A DNA stretch of 64,000 nucleotides from Malacoraja senta. Its lineage: Eukaryota. The DNA lies in the NCBI GenBank assembly GCA_038087875.1, contig CM075994.1, forward strand, positions 2,234,001-2,298,000, read 5' to 3'. Position numbers and translations under genes: made by a program. Shown here piece by piece: positions 10,452 through 22,264 of this stretch (the first letter of the stretch is position 1; every line of letters starts with the position of its first letter). Under the pieces are notes generated by a model. The model searched no databases. It saw nothing but the letters and a program-made list of their open reading frames with translations, and had not been told where the DNA came from.

Positions 10452-12325
10452 ATGCCGAGTTGTAGTCAATGAATAACAGCCTGACATATGAGTTTTTGTT
10501 GTCCAAGTGGTCCCGAGTGGAGTGGAGAGCCAGCGAGATCGCATCCACCGTTGATCTGTTGTGGCGGTAAGCGAACTGCAGTGGGTCCAGGTTTTTGTCG
10601 AGGTATGAGGTGATTTGCGCAATGATCAGCCTCTCAAAGCACTTCATCACCACAGACGCTAGTGCCACTGGTCGATAGTCATTGAGGCACGTTACCTTGC
10701 ACTTCACTATAATTGATGCCCTTTTAAAGCAGGTGGGAACCTCAGACCTTAGAAGTGAGCGGTTGAAAATGTCCGTAAAAACTCCAGCCAGTTGGTCTGC
10801 ACAGGTTTTTAAAACACGTCCGGGTATACCATCAGGTCCAGACGCTTTCCGACGGTTCACCCCTCTGAAGGATCTACTGATGGCGGCCTCTGTGACTGTG
10901 ACCATCACAGGCGAATGGGGGCTCGGGAAGGCACATCAGTGTTCTCCCTATCGAACTGTGCGTAGAACACATTGAGCTCATCGGTGAGTGATGCATCGCT
11001 GTCGTTTGAGCTGCCTCCTGATTTCACCTTGTAGGAGGTGATGGCATTCAGGCCCCGCCACAGTTGCAAAAGGGACCTGCTCCAAGTTGCTCATCCTCCA
11101 GCTTGGAGCAGAAGTCCCTTTTGGCCTTTTTGATGGCCTTACCAAGGTCGTATCTGGACTTCTTGTAGACCTCTGTATATCCAGACCTGAATCGCCCGGG
11201 ATCTGGTCTTCAGAATGCGGATCTCATGGTTCATCTAAGGCTTCTGGTTAGGAAACACTCAGAAGGATTTTGGGGGGATGCACCCCCCTCCCCCCCCCCC
11301 CCCCCCCCACCACCACGACCAGCTCTGTACAGTGTTCACCTCTGGGGGTGCGCTCTTCAATTGCTGCCTGTAGGCAGGAACAAGCAGCATGGTCGGATTT
11401 CCCAAAGTGAGGTCGGATTTCCCAAAGTGAGGGCGAGGGATAGAGCGATAGGCATCCTTGATGGTGGTGTAGCAGTGGTCGAGGGTGTTTGATCCTCTGG
11501 TGCAGCAGGAGACATGTTGGTGGAAGTAAAGGGCCTGTCCCACTTGGGCATCATTTGCGCGGCACGCAGATGGCGCGCGAAGATTTTGTACATCCCAAAA
11601 TCCTGGGGCGCCGTGTGCGACCCTGCCTACGTCACCACGCACCAAGCGCGTGTAATGCACATCACGTCGCGTGCGTCGTGCGTCGTGACGCGTAAATGAT
11701 GTCGCGTGAATTACGCGCAAATAACGCCCAAGTGGGACAGGCCCTTTAGGGAGCGATTTCTTCAGCTTGGCTTTGTTCAAGTCCCCGGCTATGGTGGTAA
11801 ATGCCTCGGGGTAAGCTGTCTGGTGCTTGTTGACAACGGCGTGCAGCTCCCCCAGTGCCAGACGGACGTCTGCCTGGGGAGGGATGTAGACCGCGGTCAG
11901 GATGATGGAGGTGAATTCCCTCGGAAGGTAGAAGGGGTGGCACTTCACAGCCAGGTGTTCCAGGTGTGGAGAGCAGGAGTTGGATAGGACTGCCACGTCT
12001 GAGCACCACGCAGAGTTGACCATCAGGCAGACGCCCCCTCCTCTCCCTTTCCCAGATGCCAGTGTACAGTCCATACGGTGGATGGAGAACCCTTCAGGCT
12101 GGACCGCTGAGTCTGGGGAGCTGGGGGTGAGCCATGTCTCTGTGAAACAGAACACAGAGCATTCCCTCAGCTCCTTTTGGTAAAGCAGCCTTGCCCTTAA
12201 GTCCTCATTTTATTTTCAAGGGACTGTACATAGGCCAGTAGGATGGTAGGGAGAGGGGGTCAACGTCCCCTGCGCTTCAGTCTGACCTGAAGTCCTGCCT
12301 GCTGGCCACGTTTCTGGACACATGC
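10452..12325 (-). mobile_element. Rex1/Babar-like LINE, 5' half (APE endonuclease and RT N-terminal part)
   Basis: FCFTETWL, GRGGGVC, AVYIPP and AGDLN (ORF 11259-12155). RKASGPDGIPGRVLKTCADQLAGVFTDIFN..NDYRPVAL..CFERL..DPLQFAYR..VRLLFIDYNSA (ORF 10282-10908). This continues at DYSSAF in 7105-7120. Confidence 0.85.
11530..11745. mobile_element. PIF/Harbinger-like MITE
   Basis: Perfect 20-bp TIRs AGGGCCTGTCCCACTTGGGC / GCCCAAGTGGGACAGGCCCT, flanked by TAA and TTA, with a CpG-rich interior. It interrupts the Rex1 frame KSLP|NFHQHV. Confidence 0.78.
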
Positions 12326-12984
12326 TTTGTTGTCATGCTTTGTCCTGACTTCTCTCCTCCAGCTTTCTCCTCTTCCCCCCCCCCCCCCCACCCACAACAA
12401 TCAGTCTAACGAAGGGTCCAAACCAGAATCATCTCCAGAGATCCTGCCTGACCCACTTGTTTACTCCAGCACTTTGACCCCTTATCCTGATGTATCTACT
12501 CTTCAGACCTCCCCACTTCCATTTTGACCCCAGAGCTGCTGCTGCGAGCCAGGTGGATGGTTTCCTGTTGCACATTTTCACATACAGCAGGTGGGCTGAG
12601 GGAATGCAAGGATCTCCTTGCAGTCTGCTGTACTATTTTCCACCCGCACCCTACCCCAGTCTGACCCTTTCTTGTTATCTGTTATCACCCACACTATGTA
12701 TGTCAGATCAGTCAGTGGGCGATCTCTACAGGGGAATTTTTTACTCTTCAAATTTTCCCTTTGTGTCTGTAAGCAAAGTAGTATGCACGTAATGCCTGTG
12801 CAGAGGTCATGCCAAGAGTTAGAATGAATTCCCAAGCAGGCAAGCTGAACAAAGGGCAACCTACTGAGATGCCTATTGCAGAAAGGAGAGTTGTATTCCA
12901 AGTGCGAATATTGTTTGACAATATGAAATGAGTAAATTGCTTACAAATAACCCATATGCTGCATTAGTAATGAAAAGAATAGTT

Positions 12985-13375
12985 GATAGTTTTGTTTGTC
13001 ACGTACCGAGGTACAGTGAAATGCCTTGTTTGTTGCGTGCTATCCATTCAGCAGAAAGACTACACATGATTTACAATCGAGCCATCCACAGTGTACAGAT
13101 ACAGGATAAAGGGAATAATGTTTAGAGCACGATGAAGTCCAGTAAAGTTCAATTAAAGATAGTTCCGTCTCCATTGAGGTAGGTGGGAGGTCAGGACTGC
13201 TCACTCGTTGGTGATAGGACGGTTCAGTTGCCTGATTACAGCTTAGGAGGAAACTGTTCCTGAATCTGGAGGTGTGCGTTTTCACACTTCTGTACCTCCT
13301 ACCTGATGGGAGAGGGGAGAAGAGGGAGCGTCCGGAGTGAGACTCATCCTTGATTAAGCTGGTGGCCTTGCGGTA
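12985..13375 (-). mobile_element. Rex1-related LINE/SINE 3' fragment
   Basis: KTHTSRFRNSF-type end plus the 3' UTR (gtcacgtaccgaggtacagtgaa...gatacaggataaaggg), which recurs at 15455-15710, 46425-46640 and 51700-51915. Confidence 0.65.
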
Positions 13376-13964
13376 GACTTTTGTATTGAAACCTAGACCA
13401 CTCTGAACAGGGTAGAGGTGGGGATATCCCAGGCTGGGAAATCTAGATCACGAGGGTCTGAAGCTAAGGGCTTGATTGTTCACCAGTAGGGAAGTGAACT
13501 CTTGGTACATGCTGCCGATAGTGGTGTTGGAGATAGTGGCATTTAAGAGGCTTTTAAGGTAGACACATGGATATGCAGGGAATGGAGGGATATAGATTAC
13601 ATGCAGGCAGAGGAGAGTAGTTTCATCTGGCATCATGTTTAGCACAGACCTTGTAGACTGATGGGCCTGTTCCCGTTCCTGTGCTTGAAGATTGTGGACT
13701 TGCTGACGCTGAATATCTGCAAGGCAGAGAATGATAGATCTTTGGATATGAAGAGATAAAGGTTAGTGTAGTGAAGTGACACGTGAGGTGAAAGATCAAC
13801 CTCAGTTTGACAGAGTGGCAGAGCAGGTGTTGGATGTTCCTGTTGGACAGTGTTGAGAATCTACTTTAGACTGCTGGAACACCATGCTTCGTCCCGGGAT
13901 CCTGATCACAAGTTATGGACAGAGGGATGGGAGGCCAGGTCACACTCTTGCTAGTGAGAGGTTG

Positions 13965-14252
13965 CTTTAGTTTAGAAATACAGCGTGGAAACAAAGCCTT
14001 CGGCCCACCAAGTCCGCGCCGACCAGCGATCGCACCGTACACTAGCACAAGCACAATCCTACACACTAGGGACAATTATATTTATTTTACTGAAGCCAAT
14101 TAACCTACAAAACTGCACATCTTTGGAGTGTGGGAGGAAACGGGAGCTCCCGAAGAAAATCTGCATGGTCACAGAGAGAACGTACAAACTCTGTACGCAG
14201 TCAGAACGCAGGTCTCTGGCGCTGTAAGGAAGCAATTCTACCACTGCGCCAC
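13965..14252 (-). mobile_element. HE1/V-SINE-type SINE
   Basis: Same family as 4395-4700. Confidence 0.82.
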
Positions 14253-14864
14253 TTGCCTGATTACAGCTGGGAAGAAACTGTCCCTGAATCTGGAGATATG
14301 CATTTTCACACTTTTGTACCTCTTGCCAGATGGGAGAGGTGAGAAGAGGGAGTGACCGGGTGAGACTTGTCTTTGATTATGCTGGCGGCCTTGCCGAGGC
14401 AGCATTTAGTGTAGATGGAGTCAATGGAAGAGAGTCAATGGTTTGCTTGATAGCCTGGGCTGGTGAGAGGGACAAAGGAGATATGCAGGGCAAGGTTTTT
14501 TTGCACAGGATGGTGGGTGCCAGGAATGTGCTGCTGGGGGTGGTGGTGGAGGGAGCTACCATAGTGATATTTAAGGGACTTTTAGGTGGGCACATGGATA
14601 AGGAAGGATATGGATCTTGTGCAGTTGGAGATGATTAGTTTAATTTGGCATTGTGTTCAGTACAGACATTGTGACCTGAAGGGTCTGTTCCTGTGCTGTA
14701 TTGTTCTTTGCTATAAGTTCTAGGCTTGGACCCCTGGGCTGGCATGATTTAATCCGCCCCCATCCGTAGATTTAACGTACAGTGGCGTGACGAGGGTGGG
14801 CTTCTGTGGAGCAAGGGCGAGTTTCTCCCATCTACATCAGCGGGATATTGCCAACATGCAGGAG

Positions 14865-15155
14865 GGCGGCTCAGTGGAAGAGCTCCTGCCTTACAGCGCC
14901 AGAGACCTGGGTTTGATCCTGACTACGGGTGCTGTCTGTACAGAATTTGCACGTTCTCCTTGTGACCGTGTGGGTTTTCTCCAGGTGCTCCAGTTACCTC
15001 CCACATTGCAAAGATGTACAGATTTGTAGGTTCATTGGATTTGGTAAAAATTGTCCCTCGTGTGTGGGATAGTGCTTGTATATGGGGTGATCGTTGGACG
15101 GCATGGACTCGGTGGGCCGAAGGGCCTGTTTCCACGCTGTATCTCTAAGGTCTAA
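14865..15155 (+). mobile_element. HE1/V-SINE-type SINE
   Basis: ggctcagtggaagagc..cttacagcgccagagacctgggtttgatcc...V-domain...ggccgaagggcctgtttccacgctgtatctctaa. Confidence 0.85.
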
Positions 15156-15710
15156 AGGGGCAGGACTGCATTGCTGCTGACAAAAGAAGGGTCCCGACCC
15201 AAAAAGTCACCTATCCATGTTCTCTAGAGATGCTGCCCGACCCGCTGAGTTACTCCAGCAATTTGTGTCTATCTTTCAGCTACCGTGATGGTCACAGACA
15301 GGCAAATCGGTGGCTGTGGATGAGTCGAGAGCCATCACTAGAAGGGAAGGGCTGCTCAAAGTAACTTGGTGCTTGAGACGGGGCAGAGGTACAGCTTATT
15401 GGATGTTAGTTAGGCTGCATGTGGAATGTTGTGTATGTTTATGATCAGCCCATTGGTTTAGTTTACTATTGTCATGTGTACTGAGGTCAGTGAAAAGCTT
15501 TTTTGTTGCATGTTATCCAGTCAGCAAAGAGACAGTACATGATTACAAGCAAGCAGTCCAGTGTACAGACAGATAAAGGGAGTAACGTCTAGCGCAAAAT
15601 AAAGTCTAAAGTCCCATTAAATATAGTTCAAAGTGCTCCAATGAGGTCGGTGGGAGGTCAGGACCGCAGTCCAGTTGGTGAGAGGACTGTTCAGTTGCCT
15701 GTTAACAAAC

Positions 15711-16118
15711 TGAGGTCAGGTAAGGGGGGATGAAAGCTGGAGAGTTGGTATGTCCCATTTGCGTGATGCTTACAAAAAAAAGTGTTTGTTTTTCTCTTTT
15801 CCCTCTCCCTCTTTTTTCTTCTTTTTCAGGGTCTATTTCTTAACTCTTTCCTTTTGTTTTTAATTTCTTTCTTATAGGGTCTTTGTCTTTTGTTTTTGTT
15901 TTTTTTGTTGTCACGTTTTTTACACCCTCACTTTTTTCCTTCACTTTCTTCTTTCTCAATCTTATCCTTTCCCTTTATTAGTGTAGAAAATAAACAGAGT
16001 ACATTAATTGTAATAAGATATATGTGATGAGAACTAGTGTAATTGGTTGTAATGTAATGTACTTCTAATAAATAAAAAATAAAAAAAAATAATAATAATA
16101 AAAATAAAAATAAAAAAA
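15711..16118 (+). mobile_element. L1 3' UTR and A-rich tail fragment (same family as 57301-60103)
   Basis: tgaggtcaggtaaggggggatga...gagttggtatgtcc...aatgtacttctaataaataaaaa matches the reverse complement of 57310-57685. Confidence 0.8.
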
Positions 16119-16247
16119 CTGGTCTGAAGAAGGGTTTCGGCCCGAAACGTTGCCTATTTCCTTTGCTCCATAGATGCTGCTGCACCCGCTGAGTTTCTCC
16201 AGCATTTTTGTCTACCTTCGATTTTCCAGCATCTGCAGTTCCTTCTT
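16119..16247 (+). mobile_element. Short Penelope terminal-repeat element with intact hammerhead core (16124-16151)
   Basis: CTGAAGAAGGGTTTCGGCCCGAAACGTT followed by ~95 bp near-identical to the reverse complement of 5702-5800. Confidence 0.78.
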
Positions 16248-16409
16248 AGACAGGAAGGATATGGTGGCTTTCGAGAGGATGCAGAAGTGGTTTACCAGAA
16301 CACTGCCTGGATTAGCAGGAATACCTACAGGAAAGGTTGGACAAACTTGGATTATTTGCTCTGGAATGTCGGAGGTTGAATGGAGACTTGATGGAAGTAT
16401 ATAAAATTA

Positions 16410-17554
16410 TTAGACCAGGTGCGGACCCGTTGGGCCCCGTCCCCCAAGGCAATATTCCACCACTGACCCATAGCCCCCAACTGTGCAGGCGCGGCTGACG
16501 GGTTTCCGTTGTGACGCCAGAGATCCCCGTTGTGACGCGAGTCACGGCAGCCCTCCCCCAACTGCGCAGGCGCGGCCAGCAAGTGGGAGCGCGACTGCAA
16601 CTTTTTAAAGTTCAAAATGGGAATAACCTGTAAAATATAAGATCAATGTGAACGCATCTCACTCTCCCTCTTCAGTCCCATATTCCCCTCCTCCATTATC
16701 CTCCCTCTCCCCACCCTCCACCAACCCTCCTCTGCTTCCTCCCCTCACTCCCTCCCCTCCTCCCTCTTTCCCTCCCCTCCTCCATTACCTGGCCATCCCT
16801 CTTCCTACCCCTATCCTCCTCCATTGCCCCTCATCCCCCAGCACTCCCACCTCCTCTTCACCCTCCCTCTTCTTTCCCCTCTCCTCCTGCCCCACTCCTC
16901 CCTCATCTCTCCCTCCCTCTCCTTTCCCCTACCCTCAGTCACTCCCTCCCTCCCTCCCTCACCCCTCTCCCCTCCCTACCACCTTCTCTACCTCTATCCC
17001 CCTGCTCCCCACTCCTCACCTCCCCTTTATCCCACCCCCCACAATGATAATCACATTTTTTTAAAGAAACCCCCTTATCCCACTTTTCCCCCCCAATGAA
17101 AATCACAATATTAAATGAAATTCCCAATGAAAATCATGTTTTTTCTTTAAAATCACCTAAACACAATTAGCTGTTAATGAAAACGGAAGAATTTGATTTA
17201 AGGTTTTTTAAAAAATAAAATCAATGTCAATGAAAATCGCGATTTTTAAAATGTAAATGAAATTCAGGATCCCATTGTGACATAATTGTCATGTTGAACG
17301 CGGCTGACGGACAGCGCAAGTGGAAAAGTGGTTTTGTAAAGTGTTTTTTGTAAAGTTTAAAATGTTAATAACTTGTAAAATATAACATCAATCTGAACGA
17401 AACTTGGCTGATGCACACCCCCCCCGGGATAATGGTGAGTAAGGTGGGCCAAAAATTGTACCGCTATCGAGTACCCTTTTGGCGGAGTTACCAGAACTCA
17501 CACATATACAAACAAACAAACAAACAAACAAGATGAGAGTTTTAGTAATATAGA
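16410..17554 (-). mobile_element. Non-autonomous Helitron A
   Basis: The minus strand starts A|TCTATATTACTAAAACTCTCATCTTG(TTTG)n and ends with a GC hairpin (GGGCCC-AAC-GGGTCC) followed by CTAA|T. It has an internal purine/pyrimidine low-complexity tract at 16660-17040. Confidence 0.72.
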
Positions 17555-17577
17555 TACAGATATAGATTATAGATATA

Positions 17578-18413
17578 GTAAAAGTAAAAGTAAAAGTAAA
17601 AGTAAACTTTTATTGTCAATTCAAATAATGCAACAAGTAGTTACACAGAGGATTGAAATTGCGTTTCCCCATACTCCAATGAGCAAGTAATATTTATAAC
17701 ACAGACAGACAATATACCAATAAAGAAAGACAATGGACATATACATTATATAAAATATTCACAGTGTGCCAGAGTGTAGTAAAATTTTGAGGTATGTTAT
17801 TAAGGTGCAATAATAAAAGGTGCAATATAGAAAAGTGCAAATAGCATACTGCAGACATTGAGTTAAAGTTAATTTGACAGTCAGTTGGTCTTTGTTTGTG
17901 TAATGTTCATGGAATTTTCTTGAGTGTGTTGAGTAGTCTGATGGCCTGAGGGAAAAAGCTGTTTTTGAATCTGGTGGTTTTGCTCCGCATGCTGCGGTAG
18001 CGCTTGCCGGATGGTAGGAGGGTGAACAGTTTATGTGCTGGGTGGGTGGTGTCTTTGATGATATTGGTTGCTCTCTTACGACAGCGAGATGGGTATAAGT
18101 CCTGGATTGCTGGTTGGGGTGATCTAGTGATCTTCTCCGCTGTCCTCACCACTCTCTGTAGGGCCTTCTGGTCAGCAGCAGAGCAACTGCCATACCAGAC
18201 TGAGAGACTGCTGGTAAGAATGCTCTCAATGGCACCCCTGTAAAAAGTGGTGAGGGCAGAAGGGGGGAGGTCGGCTCTCCTCATCCGTCGAAGGAAGTGG
18301 AGGCGTTGCTGTGCTTTCTTGACTAGGGAGATGGTGTTGGTGGACCATGTCTGATCATCTGTGATGTGCACTCCCAGGAACTTGGTGCTTTTCACAGACT
18401 CCACTGCACTGCC
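17578..18413 (-). mobile_element. Rex1/Babar-like LINE 3' fragment (second family)
   Basis: ORF 17907-18404(-) VESVKSTKFLGVHITDD.TWS.NT..LVKKAQQRLHFLRR...LPSGKRYRS, with a (TTTTAC)n tail and the 9-bp direct repeat ATAGATATA at 17569-17577 and 18414-18422. Confidence 0.85.
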
Positions 18414-18424
18414 ATAGATATATA

Positions 18425-21400
18425 CTAGCCCAACTACAGACCCGTTGGCTCCCCCAATGCACCCGTTCCCTACCCGTAGCCCCCATGGGAGGCGTGGTCC
18501 TCCAACTCAAGCCATTCCCGAACGTAAGATTCCAGCACCCTCCTTGCCTTCCTCAGCAGTGATCTTCAAAAAAAAATTCCAATTCCACTTGCCCTGTGTG
18601 TTGCAATAGCAAATCACCCTCCCCCTTCTCGTCAAGTCATTATGATGTCATCATTTGAAGCTGGTCGTTTTAAAATTCAAGGTAATTAACTAGTAATAAG
18701 TCGAGAAATAAAGCATAAAATGTTCAGTGAAAGTGATCTCTGCCTCGAGGGGAATAGTGTGAATCAGAATATGTAAAAATCTAGTGAGAGTTGGCATTTA
18801 AAAAGCTTTAATTGCGAATAACGTATCAAATATAGGATGAAATCTTCATTTAGGCTTGTCTCTGCTAGCTGAGCCATTGTGACCATCATTTGAAGCTGTT
18901 GTTTTTAATTTCAAAGTCTTTTGATGTTTTTAGAAACATAGAAACATAGAAAATAGGTGCAGGAGTAGGCCATAGGTGCAGGAGTAGATCATCCAACTCA
19001 GTATCCTGTACCTGCCTTCTCTCCATACCCTCTGATACCTTTAGCCACAAGGGCCACATCTAACTCCATCTTAAATATAGCCAATGAACTGGCCTCAACT
19101 ACCTTCTGTGGCAGAGAATTCCAGAGATTCACCACTCTCTGATTGAAAAATGTTTTTCTCATCTCAGTCCTAAAAGACATCCTTAAGCTCTGACCCCTTG
19201 TTCTGGACTTCCCAAACATCGGGAACAATCTTCCTGCATCTAGCCTGTCCAACCCCTTAAGAATTTTGTAAGTTTCTATAAGATCCCCCCTCAATCTTCT
19301 AAATTCTAGCGAGTACAAGCCGATTCTATCAAATCTTTCTTCATATGAAAGTCCTGCCATCCCAGGAATCAGTCTGGTGAACCTTCTCTGTACTACCTCT
19401 ATGGCAAGAATGTCTTCCCTCAGATTAGGAGACCAAAACTGTACGCAGTACTCCAGGTGTGGTCTCTCCAAGACCCTGTACAACTGCAGTAGAACCTCCC
19501 TGCTCCTATACTCAAATCCTTTTGCTATGAATGCTAACATACCATTCGCTTTCTTCACTGCCTGCTGCACCTGCATGCCTACTTTCAATGACTGGTGTAC
19601 AATGACACCCAGGTCTCATTGCATCTCCCCTTTTCCTAATCGACCACCATTCAGATAATCGTCTACTTTCCTGTTTTTGCCACCAAAGTGGATAACATCA
19701 CATTTATCCACATTATACTGCATCTGCCATGCATTTGCCCACTCACCCAGCCTATTCAAGTCACCTTGCAGCCTCCTAGCATCCTCCTCACAGCTAACAC
19801 TGCCCCCCAGCTTTGTGTCATCCGCAAACTTGGAGATGTTGCATTCAATTCCCTCATCCAAATCATTAATATATATTGTAAATAGCTGGGGTCCCAGCAC
19901 TGAGCCTTGCGGTACCCCACTAGTCACTGCCTGCCATTGTGAAAAGGACCCATTTACTCCTACTCTTTGCTTCCTGTCTGCCAGCCAGTTCTCTATCCAC
20001 ATCAATACTGAACCCCCAATACCGTGTGCTTTAAGTTTGTATACTAATCTCTTATGTGGGACCTTGTCGAAAGCCTTCTGAAAGTCCAGATATAACACAT
20101 CCACTGGTTCTCCCTTATCTACTCTACTAGTTAAATCCTCAAAAAATTCTATAAGATTCATCAGACATGATTTACCTTTCATAAATCCATGCTGACTTTG
20201 TCCAATGATTTCACCACTTTCCAAATGTGCTGCTATCCCATCTTTAATAACTGACTCTAGCAATTTCCCCACTACCGATGTTAGACTAACTGGTCTGTAA
20301 TTCCCCATTTTCTCTCTCCCTTTTTAAAAAGTGGGGTTACATTAGCTACTCTCCAATCCTCAGGATCTACTCCAGAATCTAAAGAGTTTTGAAAAATTAT
20401 CATTAATGCATCAACTATTTCTGGGGCTACTTCCTTAAGTACTCTGGGATGCAGCCTATCTGGCCCTGGGGATATATCGGCCTTTAATCCATTCAATTTA
20501 CCTAACACCACTTCCCGGCTAACCTGGATTTCACTCAGTTCCTCCATCTCATTTGACCCCCGGTCCCCTGCTATTTCCGGCAGATTATTTATGTCTTCCT
20601 TAGTGAAGACAGAACCAAAGTAGTTATTCAATTGGTCTGCCATATCCTTGTTCTCCATGATCAATTCACCTGTTTCTGACTGCAAGGGACCTACATTTGT
20701 TTTAACTAATCTTTTTCTCTTCACATATCTATAAAAACTTTTGCAGTCAGTTTTTATGTTCCCTGCCAGTTTTCTTTCATAATCTATTTTCCCTTTCCTA
20801 ATTAAGCCATTTGTCCTCCTCTGCTGGACTCTGAATTTCTCCCAGTCCTCTGGTAGGCTGCTTTTTCTGGCTAATTTGTATGCTTCATCTTTTGTTTTGA
20901 TACTATCCCTGATTTCCCTTGTTATCCATGGATGCACTACCTTCCCTGATTTATTCTTTTGCCAAACTGGAATGAACAATTGTTGTAGTTCATCCATGCA
21001 GTCTTTAAATGCCTTCCATTGCATATCCACCGTCAACCCTTTAAGAATCAATTGCCAGTCTATCTTGGCCAATTCACGTCTCATACCCTCAAATTTACCT
21101 TTCTTTAAGTTCAGAACCCTTGTTTCTGAATTAATTATGTCACTCTCCATCCTAATGAAGAACTCAACCATATTATGGTCACTCTTGCCCAAGGGGCCAC
21201 GCACGACAAGACTGCTAACTAACCCTTCCTCATTACTCAATACCCAGTCTAGAATAGCCTGCTCTCTCGTTGGTTCCTCTACATGTTGGTTTAGAAAACT
21301 ATCCCACATACATTCCAAGAAATCCTCTTCCTCAGCACCCCTGCCAATTTGATTCACCCAATCTATATGTAGATTGAAGTCACCCATTATAACTGTTTTA

Positions 21401-22264
21401 CCTTTATTGCACGCATTTCTAATTTCCTGTTTGATCCCATCCCCAACTCCAGCTCTACCCATATCGATTCCACATCCTCCAAGCTAATGTCCTTCCTTTC
21501 TATTGCGTTAATCTCCTCTCTAACCAGCAACGCCACCCCACCTCCTTTTCCTTTCTGTCTATCCCTCCTGAATATTGAATATCCCTGGATGTTCAGCTCC
21601 CAGCCTTGGTCACCCTGGAGCCATGTCTCCGTGATCCCAACTATATCATAGTCATTAATAGCTATCTGCACATTCAACTCATCCACCTTATTACGAATGC
21701 TCCTTGCATTGAGACACTAAGCCTTCAGGCTTGTTTTTACAACACTCTTACCCCTTATACAATTATGTTGAAAAGTGGCCCTTTTTGATTTTTGCCCTGG
21801 ATTTGTCTGCCTGCCACTTTTACTTTTCACCTTGCTACCTATTGCTTCTACCCTCATTTTACACCCCTCTGTCTCTCTGCTCACACATTTAAGAAACCCT
21901 TTCCCTTTAACTCCATCCTCGACTATCCCATTTGACACCCCAACCCCCTTATTCAGTTTAAAACCACCCGTGTAGCAGTGGCAAACCTGCCTGCCAGAAT
22001 GCTGGTTCCCCAACTGTTAAGATGCAATCCGTCCCTTTTGTACCGTTCCCCCTTACTCAAACTTTAATCAGTAATAAGTTGAGAAATAAAGCATGAAATG
22101 TTCAGGTAAGGTGTTCCCGGCCTCGACGGGAAAAATGTCAACCGGAATATGTAAAAATGTTATCGTTACCACGTAGTTTTTTTGCGAAGATGTAAAGACA
22201 ACTACATATACACACACATATACACACTAACAAGATCAGAGTTTTAATAAGTCTAGGATATAGA
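18425..22264 (-). mobile_element. Non-autonomous Helitron B (carries a CR1 insertion)
   Basis: The minus strand starts A|TCTATATCCTAGACTTATTAAAACTCTGATCTTG and ends GAGCCAACGGGTCTGTAGTTGGGCTAG|T, with termini related to Helitron A. An internal repeat (agtaataagt.gagaaataaagcat.aaatgttcag) occurs at ~18692 and ~22070. Confidence 0.72.
18932..22055 (-). mobile_element. Long CR1 LINE: end of ORF1 (SGNH esterase) plus nearly complete, frameshifted ORF2 (APE-RT)
   Basis: ORF1 end ERYKRDGLHLNSWGTSILAGRF (~22050-21960). ORF2 has [83 protein letters not shown] and RPHLEYCVQFWSP. The tail is (TTTCTATG)n. Confidence 0.93.

Noticed and set aside
11281..11313. Long C homopolymer giving poly-Pro/poly-Gly in ORFs
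   Set aside because: Simple homopolymer expansion or sequencing artefact within the Rex1 copy.
11391..11432. Small tandem duplications (also ~2190-2228, ~18953-18988, ~61690-61722)
   Set aside because: Ordinary slippage duplications with no sign of function.
14865..14940. tRNA-like A/B boxes in SINE heads as tRNA genes
   Set aside because: They run straight into the V-SINE body and LINE-like tail and do not form a full cloverleaf.
16648..17099. Pro/Ser-rich ORFs
   Set aside because: Translation of a C/T low-complexity tract inside Helitron A.
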